Positions 45,992 to 58,200 of a stretch of DNA of 64,000 nt are shown piece after piece. Below the pieces are notes generated by a model. It saw only the letters and a program-made list of their open reading frames with translations, had not been told where the DNA came from and did no database searches. The stretch's first letter is position 1. Every line of letters starts with the position of its first letter. Source of the stretch: Macrostomum hystrix (lineage: Eukaryota; Animalia; Platyhelminthes); the NCBI GenBank assembly GCA_950097015.1, contig CATNEN010000007.1, positions 4,774,001 to 4,838,000 on the forward strand, written 5' to 3'. Both the position numbers and the translations under genes were made by a program.

Positions 45992-47869
45992 TTAGCCAAA
46001 CATTCGAATAAACAGACCCTGCTTCTCCTGGCTGAGCCGATCGGACAGTCGTTTGCGACGAATGCGTCGTTGCACAAGCTCAATAATGGTGCCAAACAGG
46101 CAGATCACCAACGCAAAGCCGGCCAGACCGACTCGAAGCCACACGGCGAACTTGCTAGCCTCCCATAAAAACTTGGACGGCTGACAGGAGATAATAGGGC
46201 TCGGATTCTCTGCGTGAAATCAATGCGAATAAAAAATGCGCGAGAAAGTAGAATGTATATAATAGTGCCAAAACTACGGTATAGCAACCTTCTAAATTTC
46301 TACGTTTTTCAGACTTTGAAATTAGAGGTCGTGATACAACTTTTTCCGGGAGTAAACCTGTACATCTGACCAAGTGGTTCATTTATATTGAGCAATTAAT
46401 TTTCTTTCAATCTCTGCAATTCTAACAAAGCACATTACTGAAAACTGTGTACCGGCTAGGACAACGTAGACTTGACTGGCCAGCAGCAGGGCGTAGGTGC
46501 CGGACAGCGGCAGAAACAGCAGCGCCACAATGAGTCTGCGCCGCTCCCACAGGTCGATGTCGTACTCGGATCGCCGCACTGGCCTGTAGAAACGCCACAC
46601 ACCGGCCACGAATCGCCTCAAAGTCGACGTCAGGGATCGATTCGGTGACCTGCCAGGATCTGCGCGCAGCAGCTTCAGCTGCGGCAGCCCCAGCTGCATG
46701 ATCGACCAGGCCAGCAGGTCGAAATCCATTGAGTAGCAGCGATCAGCTTCGCCAGCTTCTTGACAATCGGCCTGCGTGACGGTGGAGGCGCCAAATATCG
46801 AACGTGCTGGCAGACGCTCCTTGATGATGGAGGATCCAGCGGTTGTGACTAGTGTGACGGTCGAAGTGCAGTTGGACTCTCGCTTCTGCTCCAGCGGATG
46901 CCGGTGCCCGGTCAGAATCGCCGACTCCGCCTTGACTTGGGCTTGCGTGAGGAAATGCTGTTGCCTCCGCCTGTTCATGGTAGCGCTCAGGCAGAGGGTG
47001 TCCCTGTGTTCCAGGCAGTTAGTGCATGTTTCACCTTCCGTTCCAGCTATCCGGCGCTGCCTACACCTACTTCACAGGACACCCCGGACGCAGTCCCCAG
47101 ACCCACCCCTTGACATCCCGCACGCACCTGACACACCCTGACACCCCGGACGCAGTCCCCAGACCCACCCCTTGACATCCCGCACGCACCTGACACACCC
47201 TGACACCCCGGACGCAGTCCCCAGACCCACCCCTTGACATCCCGCACGCACCTGAAACACTCCCTGAACCCCTGACGCAGTCACCTGACCCACTCCTTGA
47301 CAACCCAGACGCAGTCACCTGACCCCCTCGCTGACACCCCGGACGCAGTCCCCTGACCCATTTCCTGACACCCCAGACGCAGTCCCCTGACTCACTCGTT
47401 GACACCCCGGACGCAGTCACCTGACCCACTTCCTGACACCCCGGACGCAGTCCCCTGACCCCCTCGCTGACACCCCGGACGCAGACACATGACCCCCTCG
47501 CTGACACCCCGGACGCAGTCACCTGACCCTGGCGGCAGCGAGAGGCGCGCAGCCGATAATCGCGGTGACGCCAGCGCTCAAGAGGTTGCGGGCCAGCTCT
47601 GTGGGGCAGCCGTGCCCGACGCTGGCGGCCAAGCCGAGCCCGGCGGCGATACATTCAACGATGCCGATGGCAACTCCTCCCAGGAAGGTCAGCAGGCCGA
47701 TAAAGATGGTAGCAGGGCTTTCGCCGCTATTCTGTTCTTCGTCGTCGCTATCCTCACTGGCGGTGCTGTGCCGGCCCGTGTAGCGGCGCGAGGTCTCTGA
47801 CTGGTTAGCCTCGGCGCTGGCATGGTTGTGAGCCAGCCGAATGGCAGCGTTGGTTCGAACTCGGACCAT
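45992..47869 (-). CDS. Uncharacterised 4-TM membrane protein, ~387 aa
   Basis: Manually joined exons 47528-47869, 46453-47056, 45992-46209 with GT-AG junctions and consistent phases (0,1). Hydrophobic segments IFIGLLTFLGGVAIGIV.., LLSAGVTAIIGCAPLA, LIVALLFLPLSGTYALLLA, FAVWLRVGLAGFALVICLFGTII. Confidence 0.6.
47075..47527. repeat. Intronic minisatellite (~34-61-bp composite units)
   Basis: CTGACACCCCGGACGCAGTC(A/C)CCTGACC-type units fill intron 1 of the 4-TM gene. Confidence 0.9.
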
Positions 47870-48224
47870 TGTTTTACGTAAATTTAGAAAATGAATTTTT
47901 GTTTTTTGTTCTCAATTCCGATTTCTGAGGTGCTTTCTGTCTTCACTCAAAGATTTTTAGGCGCAGCTGGATCTGCCATAGACAAAAGTACGAGTAGCTG
48001 CTTTCTTTATAATTTTATTGTCGGCTGCTTAACACGTGTTACTGCTGCAGTAGAAAGTACACAGATTGATTGTCAGATAATATTTAGAAAACATTTAGCG
48101 CCACAAGGAAGGAGGCGATTTCAAAGGCTGTGTACAGCAGCTGTCCAGTCCATGGACTGGGGGCGGGCGGCACACCCACCGAATTTCTATGCCGGATAAT
48201 GTTAGTACCCACAAATGGTCTCCC

Positions 48225-48290
48225 ATGGGCTGAGATTTGAACTCACGACCTCACGGTCAGAATTGCGAGCGCTAACTGCAACTGCAGTTA
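48225..48290 (-). other. tRNA-derived SINE-like fragment
   Basis: Minus strand CAGTTAGCGCTCGC...GAGGTCGTGAGTTCAAATCTCAGCCC carries a B-box/T-arm; the rest is degenerate. Confidence 0.35.
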
Positions 48291-48825
48291 TTTAAGCTGG
48301 AAATATGCATAACTGTCTGAATTGTGATAATAAAAACATTTCTTCAAAAAACAATTGATTTGACACAAAACAGGGTTGGGAAACCTTCAGCGCTGGGAAA
48401 TATAGATAGGGAATATTACAGTAAGGACTACCAAGCCATTTTTTCGCCCGTTTTTATACGAGTTCCAAGGGGGACATTTTTGCTAACAGCGTTGGGTGGT
48501 GACTGATTGGTTGACAGACTAGGCGATGGTGTCCTGTGGTTAGGTGGCTTGATCAGTGAAATTGGAGAAATTCGCGTCAGGGTGTCCATCGTGACCTATT
48601 TCCACCTGTTTTAGCCCTTGAAGGTCCGTCTATATAAAGGTAGGTGACCAACGAAGACGGAGACAATGCAGACACATTCGGTAGTTTGAATTTGTTTCTG
48701 CTCTGCTTTGGGTGTCTGTCTGCTATGTGTTTGTATTGTCCAGGTGTCTTGACGTTGTTCCGTACGGGTGCAGCAAAAATTGTCCTGGGGAAAAATCCCC
48801 CTTGGTAGTTCTACTGTTAATCCCG

Positions 48826-50232
48826 TTAAAACCTCAGTCCGGTCACTTCAGTCACAGAAATCGTCACCTCGGGCTTCCTCCTTCGGCGTCGTTGTCCGCC
48901 TGTCGGACGTCGCCGCCGCCCCAGCCAGAGCAGCCGACCGGCGCGCTCAGTCAGGGCAGTCCACTGGCGATGCAGCTCGCGTCGGAACTCGTGCGCCGCC
49001 CTGGCGTGCACGGCGAATGCGATGCCACTGGCAAGGTAGGAGGGGTAATAGAGCAGCGCCAGCCAGTTTGACTGCGGGCGCTGCGGGTCGGCCAGGATGG
49101 CGCACAGGTAGGCCATCAGCGGCAGGTGGCACGCGGTGAAGGCGCCAACCACCAGGGCGAGGTGGCGAACCGCGCGAGCCGATCCCGCCGACAGCGAGGC
49201 TGGCAGCGGCTCTGGCAGGACGGCGGCCGGATAGCTGGGATGAACCCGGCAGCTGGCGGCCCGCGCCACCCGGCAGAGGCGCCAGTTGGTGAGGAGCAGC
49301 GCGGCGGCGCTGGCGCAGAAGAGCGCCACCAGGGCGGCCTGGTAGGCAGGCCGGTGGTCCCTGCTAAAAGTGCATCGGACAGGTAGAGCCAAACTGTGCC
49401 GATAGCTGGCCAGCTGGACTGGGCCGGCCACCGCTAGGCCGTAGAGCCACGGCAGGCTCAGCAAAAGTGGCCGGTGCCAACGCCGCGCCACGCGGCAGCG
49501 GGACTGCGCCTGCGGCTGCCGCATCACAGAAACATAGCGATCAGCGGAGAGCAGCAGCAGGTGCGCCTGCGGAGTCGGCGTCGCTGCTTTACGAGTGCTT
49601 TACGAGTACAGTACGACTAATTTGCGAGCTTATTACGACCGATGTATGTGTAATTAAAGAGATTAAAATATTTACGGATACGAGTGATTCTTTAGTACAG
49701 CCTGTGGTTAACGATTACGAGTGATTTACGAGTGATTTACGAGTACAAGTGATTTACGAGTACAAGTGATTTACGAGTACGAGTGATTTACGAGTGATTT
49801 ACAAGAAAGAATGACCGCAATTAAGAGCGATTTACTAGTTGAACAGCAGCACAGATCGACAGCGGCGAATACCTGCGACACGTACAGCGGGCAGAAGATG
49901 AGGCACAGGCAGGCGAGGCAGGCCGCAGGCTGGGACAGCCAGTCCCGGCGCAGAGAGAGAGCAAACTTGACCAGTAGGCCGATTCCCAAGGCCAGGTCGG
50001 AGCAAGCCAGCGACACGATCATCAGCCGGAAGGTGGTGGCACCGATTCGCGCGATCACGCTGAGATAGACCGCCGCTGTGAGGCTGGACATTGTCAGCAC
50101 CAGAGCTGCGGCCAGGGGCGTCAGGACGACGTGGATCCAGTTGGTGTCTAGCGGGCTTGGAGACAGCTGGAAATGCATTTTCGGCTCCGCTGCGGCTGCT
50201 GCTGCTGACCAATCGACACCCCCAGGTCCCAT
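48826..50232 (-). CDS. Orphan class A (rhodopsin-like) GPCR, ~366 aa, 2 exons
   Basis: Exons 49873-50232 and 48826-49566 (phase 0; YVSQ|AHLLLLSADRYVSV). SLACSD in TM2, DRY, FTACHLP in TM6, seven hydrophobic segments. Confidence 0.75.
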
Positions 50233-50519
50233 TTTTAGTGGGATCCGCAAAGCTTCTTATCTGGAAGGATTGCAGATGGTAGCAAGCAATGGGTGCCATT
50301 GTGCCTGTGTTTGCCAAGCAATCTGTAAGGTTTGCGCTCGGAACAGGTTGAAAATAGAAGCAAATCTCACCTGCTTACCGATGCAAGTCTTTGCATAGTC
50401 CATGCGAGTGGGGTACCAGGATAAGAAATGTGGGATGCTGAATTCACTAATTTAATTAGCAATGAGACTTCTCAGCAACAAATCGCACTTTGACCCGCAA
50501 ATTGTATTTTTCCAATCCC

Positions 50520-51290
50520 CAAATTCCATTATTGCACATTCCGAATTCCCCAATACCCCATCTGCACATTCCAAATCCTCTAATATCTCATCTGCACATA
50601 CCGAATTCCCAATACCCCATCTGCACATACCGAATCCCCATTACCCCATCTGCACATACCGAATCCCCAATACCCCATCTGCACATACCGAATCCCCATT
50701 ACCCCATCTGCACATACCGAATCCCCATTACCCCATCTGCACATCCCGAATCCCCAATACCCCATCTGCACATACCGAATCCCCAATACCCCATCTGCAC
50801 ATACCGAATCCCCAATACCCCATCTGCACATACCGAATCCCCAATACCCCATCTGCACATCCCGAATCCCCAATACCCCATCTGCACATCCGGAATCCCC
50901 AATACCCCATCTGCACATTCCGAATCCCCAATACCCCATCTGCACATTCCGAATCCCCAATACCCCATCTGCACATCCCGAATCCCCCAATACCCCATCT
51001 GCACATACCGAATTCCCAATACCCCATCTGCACATACCGAATTCCCAATACCCCATCTGCACATTCCGAATCCCCAATACCCCATCTGCACATTCCGAAT
51101 CCCCAATACCCCATCTGCACATCCCGAATCCCCCAATACCCCATCTGCACATTCCGAATCCCCAATACCCCATCTGCACATTCCGAATCCCCCAATACCC
51201 TATCTGCACATTCCGAATCCCCCAATACCCCATCTGCACATTCCGAATCCCCAATACCCCATCTGCACATTCCGAATCCCCCAATACCCC
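50520..51290. repeat. Minisatellite, 29-30-bp unit
   Basis: CCGAATCCCCAATACCCCATCTGCACAT(A/T/C) tandem. Confidence 0.95.
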
Positions 51291-51559
51291 ATTTATGTCG
51301 GTTTATTGTTTGTCAGAGCATCTGGGGTCAGGACTATTCTTGGGGTTTAGCGACCCCCGTCCCGTGACTGAGGCGGGCAATGAAATGCTTATCAGCTCAA
51401 ATATTTGTGGAAAATATTGCACTGAGCATGGTTCAATAAATGCAGGTCTAGATACAGATTTCGAGGCCGAGAAGCCAAAGAGTTTGATTCCAAATATTTC
51501 TGTTAGGCCTTTATTAGAGCTAAGACTCTGACTCTTATCCTGTTCTAAATATTTTATTT

Positions 51560-51975
51560 TTTCTTAATCCCTTCTTAAATTTTCTCCTAATCCCTTCACA
51601 ATCTTCGCTTTACTCCTAATCCCATCCTCAATCTTCCTATTTAATCCTAATCCCTTCTCAATCTCCCGTTTCTAATAATTTCCTTTCTCAATCTCCTCTT
51701 TTCCTAATCCCCTTCTCAAACTCCCATTTTTTCCCGATGCCCTTCTCAAACCCCCCTTTTTCCGATCCCCTTCTCAAACTCCTCTTTTCTACCGATCCCC
51801 TTCTCAAACTTCCTTTTTTTCCCGATCCCCTTCTAAATCACCTATTTTCTCCTGATCCCCTTCTCAAACTCCGCTTTTCTATTGATCCCCTTCTCAAACT
51901 CCTCTTTTCTCCCGATCCTCTTCTAAATCACCTATTTTCTCCTGATCCCCATTCTCAATCTCCCCATTTCTCTTA
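51560..51975. repeat. Degenerate pyrimidine-rich minisatellite, ~29-bp unit
   Basis: TTCTCAAACTCC...TTTTC..GATCCCC repeated with divergence. Confidence 0.75.
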
Positions 51976-52443
51976 ATCCCGTTTAGTAAATAAGTGGGAC
52001 GCGGACGCACAAAACGCATGTAATAGAGGCTCTACATAAACAGATCGGGCCAGTGCTGAGAACACTAGCAATATGAAACCGCTATACCTGAACTGCAGGC
52101 TGAAGATTGCCGAATTTTATTTCTGCGAACGAATGAGCAACAGCAGACTGGATTGCAAGTCCTATCAGATTAATTCAGTAGCTATGAGCATCGATGAGAA
52201 TATGGTGCCGATTGGATAAGCTTCAACTACGAATCTAATAATAGTCAGGATGAGCATAACGAAAGTGTCAAAATTATTCATATTTTTCAGCTGGACTATA
52301 AACTAAGCAATATGACATGAAACATAGACTGGGACTTCGATGACATTCCGTGTATTTACACTAAGTATGTCTAAAAAATATTATGGACTAAAATAAAAAC
52401 ATAAACGATAGATCGCGTAAGACTGCATCAGAACTTATCTGAC

Positions 52444-53165
52444 GTGTCAGACTACGTCAGACTGTGTCAGACTACGTCAGACTGTGTCAGACAACGTCAG
52501 ACTGTGTCAGACAACGTCAGACTGTATCAGACTACGTCAGACTGTATCAGACTACGTCAGACTGTATCAGACTACGTCAGACTGTGTCAGACTACGTCAG
52601 ACTGTGTCAGACAACGTCAGACTGTGTCAGACAACGTCAGACTGTATCAGACTACGTCAGACTGTGTCAGACAACGTCAGACTGTATCAGACTACGTCAT
52701 ACTGTGTCAGAATGTTTCAAACTGTTTCAGACTACGTTAGACTGTGTCAGACTACGTCAGACTGTGTCAGACAACGTCAGACTGTGTCAGACTACGTCAG
52801 ACTGTGTCAGACAACGTCAGACTGTATCAGACTACGTCATACTGTGTCAGAATGTTTCAAACTGTTTCAGACTACGTTAGACTGTGTCAGACTACGTCAG
52901 ACTGTGTCAGACTACGTTAGACTGTGTCAGACTACGTTAGACTGTGTCAGACTACGTTAGACTGTGTCAGACTACGTTAGACTGTGTCAGACTACGTCAG
53001 ACTGTGTCAGACTACGTCAGACTGTGTCAGACTGTGTCAGACAACGTCAGACTGTGTCAGACAACGTCAGACTGTGTCAGACAACGTCAGACTGTGTCAG
53101 ACAACGTCAGACTGTGTCAGACAACGTCAGACTGTGTCAGACAACGTCAGACTGTGTCAGACTGT
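52444..53165. repeat. Minisatellite, 10/20-bp unit
   Basis: Alternating GTCAGACT(A/G)(C/T) / GTCAGACAAC decamers. Confidence 0.95.
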
Positions 53166-54394
53166 CTAAACCTGACTGTGTGTCTAACCTTTCAGCTGAA
53201 ATAAATTGTATTTATCGTTTAGATTGCATTTCTGCTAATTTGTAACAAATCAAGAGTCAGTGAAAAGCTACTTGCGATAAAATATCGCCGGGGCAACAAA
53301 ACGATAAAATAAATGGGAACAATTATGCAAATTCCTGGAATGGGGCTCAGTCCAACATATTATGCTCAATTCGGTGCGAATCAATCAATAGTTCACTTGG
53401 TACATCTAGATTTATAAAACAATGCGATAGAGTTTAGTAATAAAACATTATAAAATGGGCTCAGTATGAATATTCAAGTGAGGCAGAGCTACTGACTAGA
53501 CTGCAATGAGAAACTAGTGACAGCTAACGGAAACTGTATATAGTAGAAAAAACAAATTTTTGCTATTTGTAAACTATTTTATATAAGAAATCACTAACTG
53601 ACATGTAAAAATGTTGTAAAAATATTGAGAGAAGTATTAAGAAATTTCGAGTGTGCCGACAAAACACTCGAATCCCTATTTGTAGCAAAATCTGTTTTTG
53701 GTCAATAGACCGGGACTAATAATTAGCAAATTTATGACATTTCGATTAGTAAATTTAAAACAAAAGTTTGAAACAAAGAACTGACGCGATAATCGATGAT
53801 ATTGTGACAGTTAAAAAATAAACTGTGCAAAAGCATTTGCTGATTAAAAAATAATTTTTTTTTCAACGCTGGCCACGTGCCTACTACTGCTGAATTACAG
53901 CGAGTAGTGTGTCGCGTGTTTTTATAAATAAAATTAACAATGTCCTCAGCCGAAGAATTGCTGTCTGCCAGGGACCAGCGGATTGCGGCTGCAAGTTGCG
54001 AGTTTAGAATATCAGATTAAATTTAATGGTACGAAAATAGATGTAATCAACTTTGAGATTGATTTGGTTTTGTCAACCAACTGCAAAATTTGCTATATTA
54101 CAATCTGAGTCATATTCTTGTTCGATAAGACGTACAAATCTGAAACGATATAAGCACAATGTGAATTTAGAAAGAAGATGCGAGCAGCAGTGCGAAATGG
54201 ATGGACAAGACAGATTGTCTGATTGGAACAAAAATTAGTAAATAGGTAAAATACTTTCAGTCAAAAAGAAAGGCGTGTTAAAAATTCAAGTTTCGGAGTT
54301 AAACACAAAATAAACCCACCGTTTTCAAAACAGAGTTTGTTGACAAACACCACTAAACTAAGAACTAGCACAACAACAACTCTTACCACCAAAA

Positions 54395-54800
54395 CCCCAC
54401 CAAGCCAGCCAAGCCACTCATACCCCACAAACCCCACCAAGCCAGCCAAGCCACTCATACCCCACAAACCCCACCAAGCCAGCCAAGCCACTCATACCCC
54501 ACAAACCCCACCAAGCCAGCCAAGCCACTCACCCCACAAACCCCAACAAGCCAGCCAAGCAACTCATACCCCACAAACCCCAACAAGCCAGCCAAGCCAC
54601 TCATACCCCACAAACCCCACCAAGCCAGCCAAGCCACTCATACCCCACAAACCCCAAACAAGCCAGCCAAGCCACTCATACCCCACAAACCCCACCAAGC
54701 CAACCAAGCCACTCATACCCCACAAACCCCAACAAGCCAGCCAAGCCACTCATACCCCACAAACCCCACCAAGCCAGCCAAGCCACTCATACCCCACAAA
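54395..54800. repeat. Minisatellite, ~37-bp unit
   Basis: ACCCCACAAACCCCACCAAGCCAGCCAAGCCACTCAT tandem. Confidence 0.9.
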
Positions 54801-55237
54801 ACTCGGACCAGCCCAGCACGTCAGATTCACTCCACCTCCTTCGATGGCTAATCACTAATAGAGGAATGAGAGTAAGTTTTCTTCTACCATCAAAAGGTCC
54901 TTCCGTAATTTGTAAAAAAACGAAAAATTCAGCTGTTAACGCTTTTAGCTTTTAGGCGAAATAGTGGATTGCCAATAGTGCGCCAGGTCTAAAAGGTGTA
55001 GTCTAGGCTAAAATATTAAGTATATATTTAGTGCAAGTACCACTAAATTGACTTAAATAATTAGTAAAGTATTGGCTTCTTTAAAAATTAATTTAGAGTC
55101 CTTTAGCATAGCGACAAAGACTTGGCTAAAAGACTGATCCAAATAGTCGTACTTTTGTAGAGGTTGCGCGCGGATTCACGTGTACTTTTCCTGAGATTGC
55201 GAGCAGTCCTCACCATCATTATTCAGTTCGAAAGTTT

Positions 55238-58200
55238 CTACTTCCTGCGAGAGCTGCGATGCAGGAGGGGAGAGAGTCGAGTTGGGCGTTCGGCGGAATC
55301 AATGGCCTGGTTGAGCACCCTGTCCCTTTGATGCCCCGAACTTGAGGCTCGAAAGGTAACTAAATACGCAACACCTGTGCATGGCTGTTCACTTACTCGG
55401 GTCCAGGAGATGGAGCACGCCTGGAATTTGTAGAAGATGGATATCAATGCAAAAATACAACTTCGCCTTTTTATTTTTAGTGCCTTTCTTTTTCGAATGA
55501 AAAACAAACAGTGCTACTGATGACGTCAATGATATTAGTAGTATTGAAAAACAAGACCAAAACGCTGAAAGGAGGTGCATAAGAAAACTCACTGCGGCAC
55601 CAGTGGCGGTGGGAGGACGATTCCGCCCTGCTGCTGCTGTGGCGGCGGTCCGCCAGGCGGGGCGCCCATCATCCGGACGCCGCCGCCCCCTGGCATCATC
55701 GGCGGTGGCGGGCCTGGCGCCGGTCGAGACGGCATCGACGGCCTCGGTGGCATCGGTGCCGGACGTTGCTGACCGGGCGGCGGCGGCACCGGTGTTCGTC
55801 GTCCAGCCGGCGACGGAGGCGGATGGCCAAGACCGCCGCCGGGTCCGTTACTGCCGTCGGGTTGAATCCAGTCGTCCTTGACCGGCGGCGGCGTCGGAGT
55901 GTGGGTCGTGCTGGCCGACACATCGCTCAGGATCTGCAGGGCGTCTTTTGTGGCCTTGTAGATGCGCAGAGTCTCTTCGCGTTTGACCGACTCTCCTTCG
56001 GACTCTTCCATGAGGGTGGCCTGGTCGTGCGTGCCGTACAGCTGGGCTAGCATCGAGGTCTTCAGGAAGTCCTTGAGCTGCGGCGAGGGAGGTTGAGTTA
56101 GAAAAAGCCGAAATATTTTAAGATTGGTCAAGAAAGATAATTTTTCTGAAAATTTTGAACGCTAAAATGTTTTTGAAGCTCACCTCATTGACAATCAGAT
56201 GAATGACTGTCTTCGGCACAATGTCTCGCTGTGTTTTGTCTACTATTTTCATGTAGGACTCAACTAGGTTTCGAATGGTCTCCACCTGCCGCTCCATCTG
56301 GGGATCCGTGCTCGAGGACATGTCCGACTCGTGCTGGGAGGCAAATTTAACAACTGATTTACTTCATTATCGGTAGGCACAACGACTTCTGGACCGATTG
56401 ACCTAACATCTGGTTGACCCAAAAACTGATTGACCTACCAACTGATTGACCTACCAACTGGTTGACCTACAAACTGATTGACTTACCAACTGATTGACCT
56501 ACCAACTGATTGACCTACAAACTGGTTGACCTACCAACTGATTGACCTACCAACTGGTTGACCTACAAACTGATTGACCTACAAACTGATTGACCTACCA
56601 ACTGATTGACCTACAAACTGGTTGACCTACAAACTGATTGACCTACCAACTGAGCCACCTAACTGCTGACCCGCTGACTGACCGACTGAGCCATTCTTGA
56701 CCCACCTCCTCGTGCTCCTCGGATTCGCGCTGCGGGTAGACGCCGGCGCGCAGCAGGGAAGCCTTCCAGCTGTCCACTTCGTCAGCGGTCTCAGCTGCCA
56801 GCTCTATGAACTTGTAGTCTTTGTACGTGTTCCTGCAGTGCGAGAAAACTGAGTTTACTGAACTGACCTGCTGACTCACTGACTCACTGACCTACTGACT
56901 CACTGACCTACTGACTCACTGACCTACTGACTCACTGACCTACTGACTCACTGATCTACTGACTCACTGATCTACTGACTCACTGATCTACTGACTCACT
57001 GACCTGCTGACTCACTGACTCACTGACCTGCTGGCTCACTGACTCACTGACTCACTGATCTACTGACTCACTGACCTGCTGACTCACTGACTCACTGACC
57101 TGCTGACTCACTGACTCACTGACCTGCTGACTCACTGACCTGCTGACTCACTGACCTGCTGACTCACTGACCTGCTGACTCACTGACTCACTGACTCACT
57201 GACCTACTGAATCACTGACCTACTGACTCACTGATCTACTGACTCACTGACTCACTGACCTACTGACTCACTGACCTGCTGACTCACTGACTCACTGACC
57301 TACTGACTCACTGACTCACTGACTCACTGACCTGCCTTCCGAATGAAACAGCACAAAGATGTTCTTCTTGCCGAACAGACGAGATTCTCCATCTCGAATC
57401 TTCAAACCGTCCAACGGCAGCATGTACTTCTTTTCTCTCTCCTAGTTAATGCAAATGAATGACTCGGAAGGATGTATTTTTTGATAAAGAAATCAAATTT
57501 AGACAATAATATTTTCGCTGCACTACTTGTGAATTAAGCAGTAGAGTAGCCGAATTGAAAGTTAATCTCACCTCCTCGTCCTTGAACCAGCTGAGACTCT
57601 GGGCGGTGAGCACAAACCAGCACTCCTTGGAGCCGCCGCGCATGATTGACACATTGTTCAGGGTCAGGTAGCCTTTGCGAATCACCTATTGTAAATTGTT
57701 TATTTGTAGAGAGACACAGGCTTATTAAAAAAACGGCCGCTTAATAGTCTGGTCAGATAAGCAGCAGTTTTTAGACAGCCAGTTAAAGTGACCCGAATAA
57801 AATCTTTATTTTAGTCTGAATTAGAATACCTATGCGGTTAACAAAAGGTCCTGCTATTCATACAGCTATTGTGCTCATGCTTGACATGAGCTGGGCTAGT
57901 AAGGGATGAGCAGAGAGTGAGCAGGGGAGGCTCTGCACGCCAGGGAGGAGATGGAGAGAGCGGGAAGCTGGGACAGGGAGAGAGGGACGCAGGAGGCCCA
58001 GCAGCTCACTATTGATTTGCTACAGAGCCGACTGTGCTCAGTGCTCACGCGAGCTAGTCCGCGCACTCACCGGATGGGGGGCAGGCACGGTTGAGCACTG
58101 GGGAGGCAGGTTGCTGGGGAAGTCGACAGACTTTTTCGGGTCTCTCTCCTGTGAGACAGTCAGGAGCAGCAGGGCTTTAGAAGTTAGAGTAGTGGGCAAA

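Noticed and set aside
42400-54858. Repeat-derived ORFs at 42400-42956, 50462-51367, 52444-53245 and 54337-54858
   Set aside because: Units are mostly not multiples of 3 or are open in several frames equally; non-coding minisatellites.
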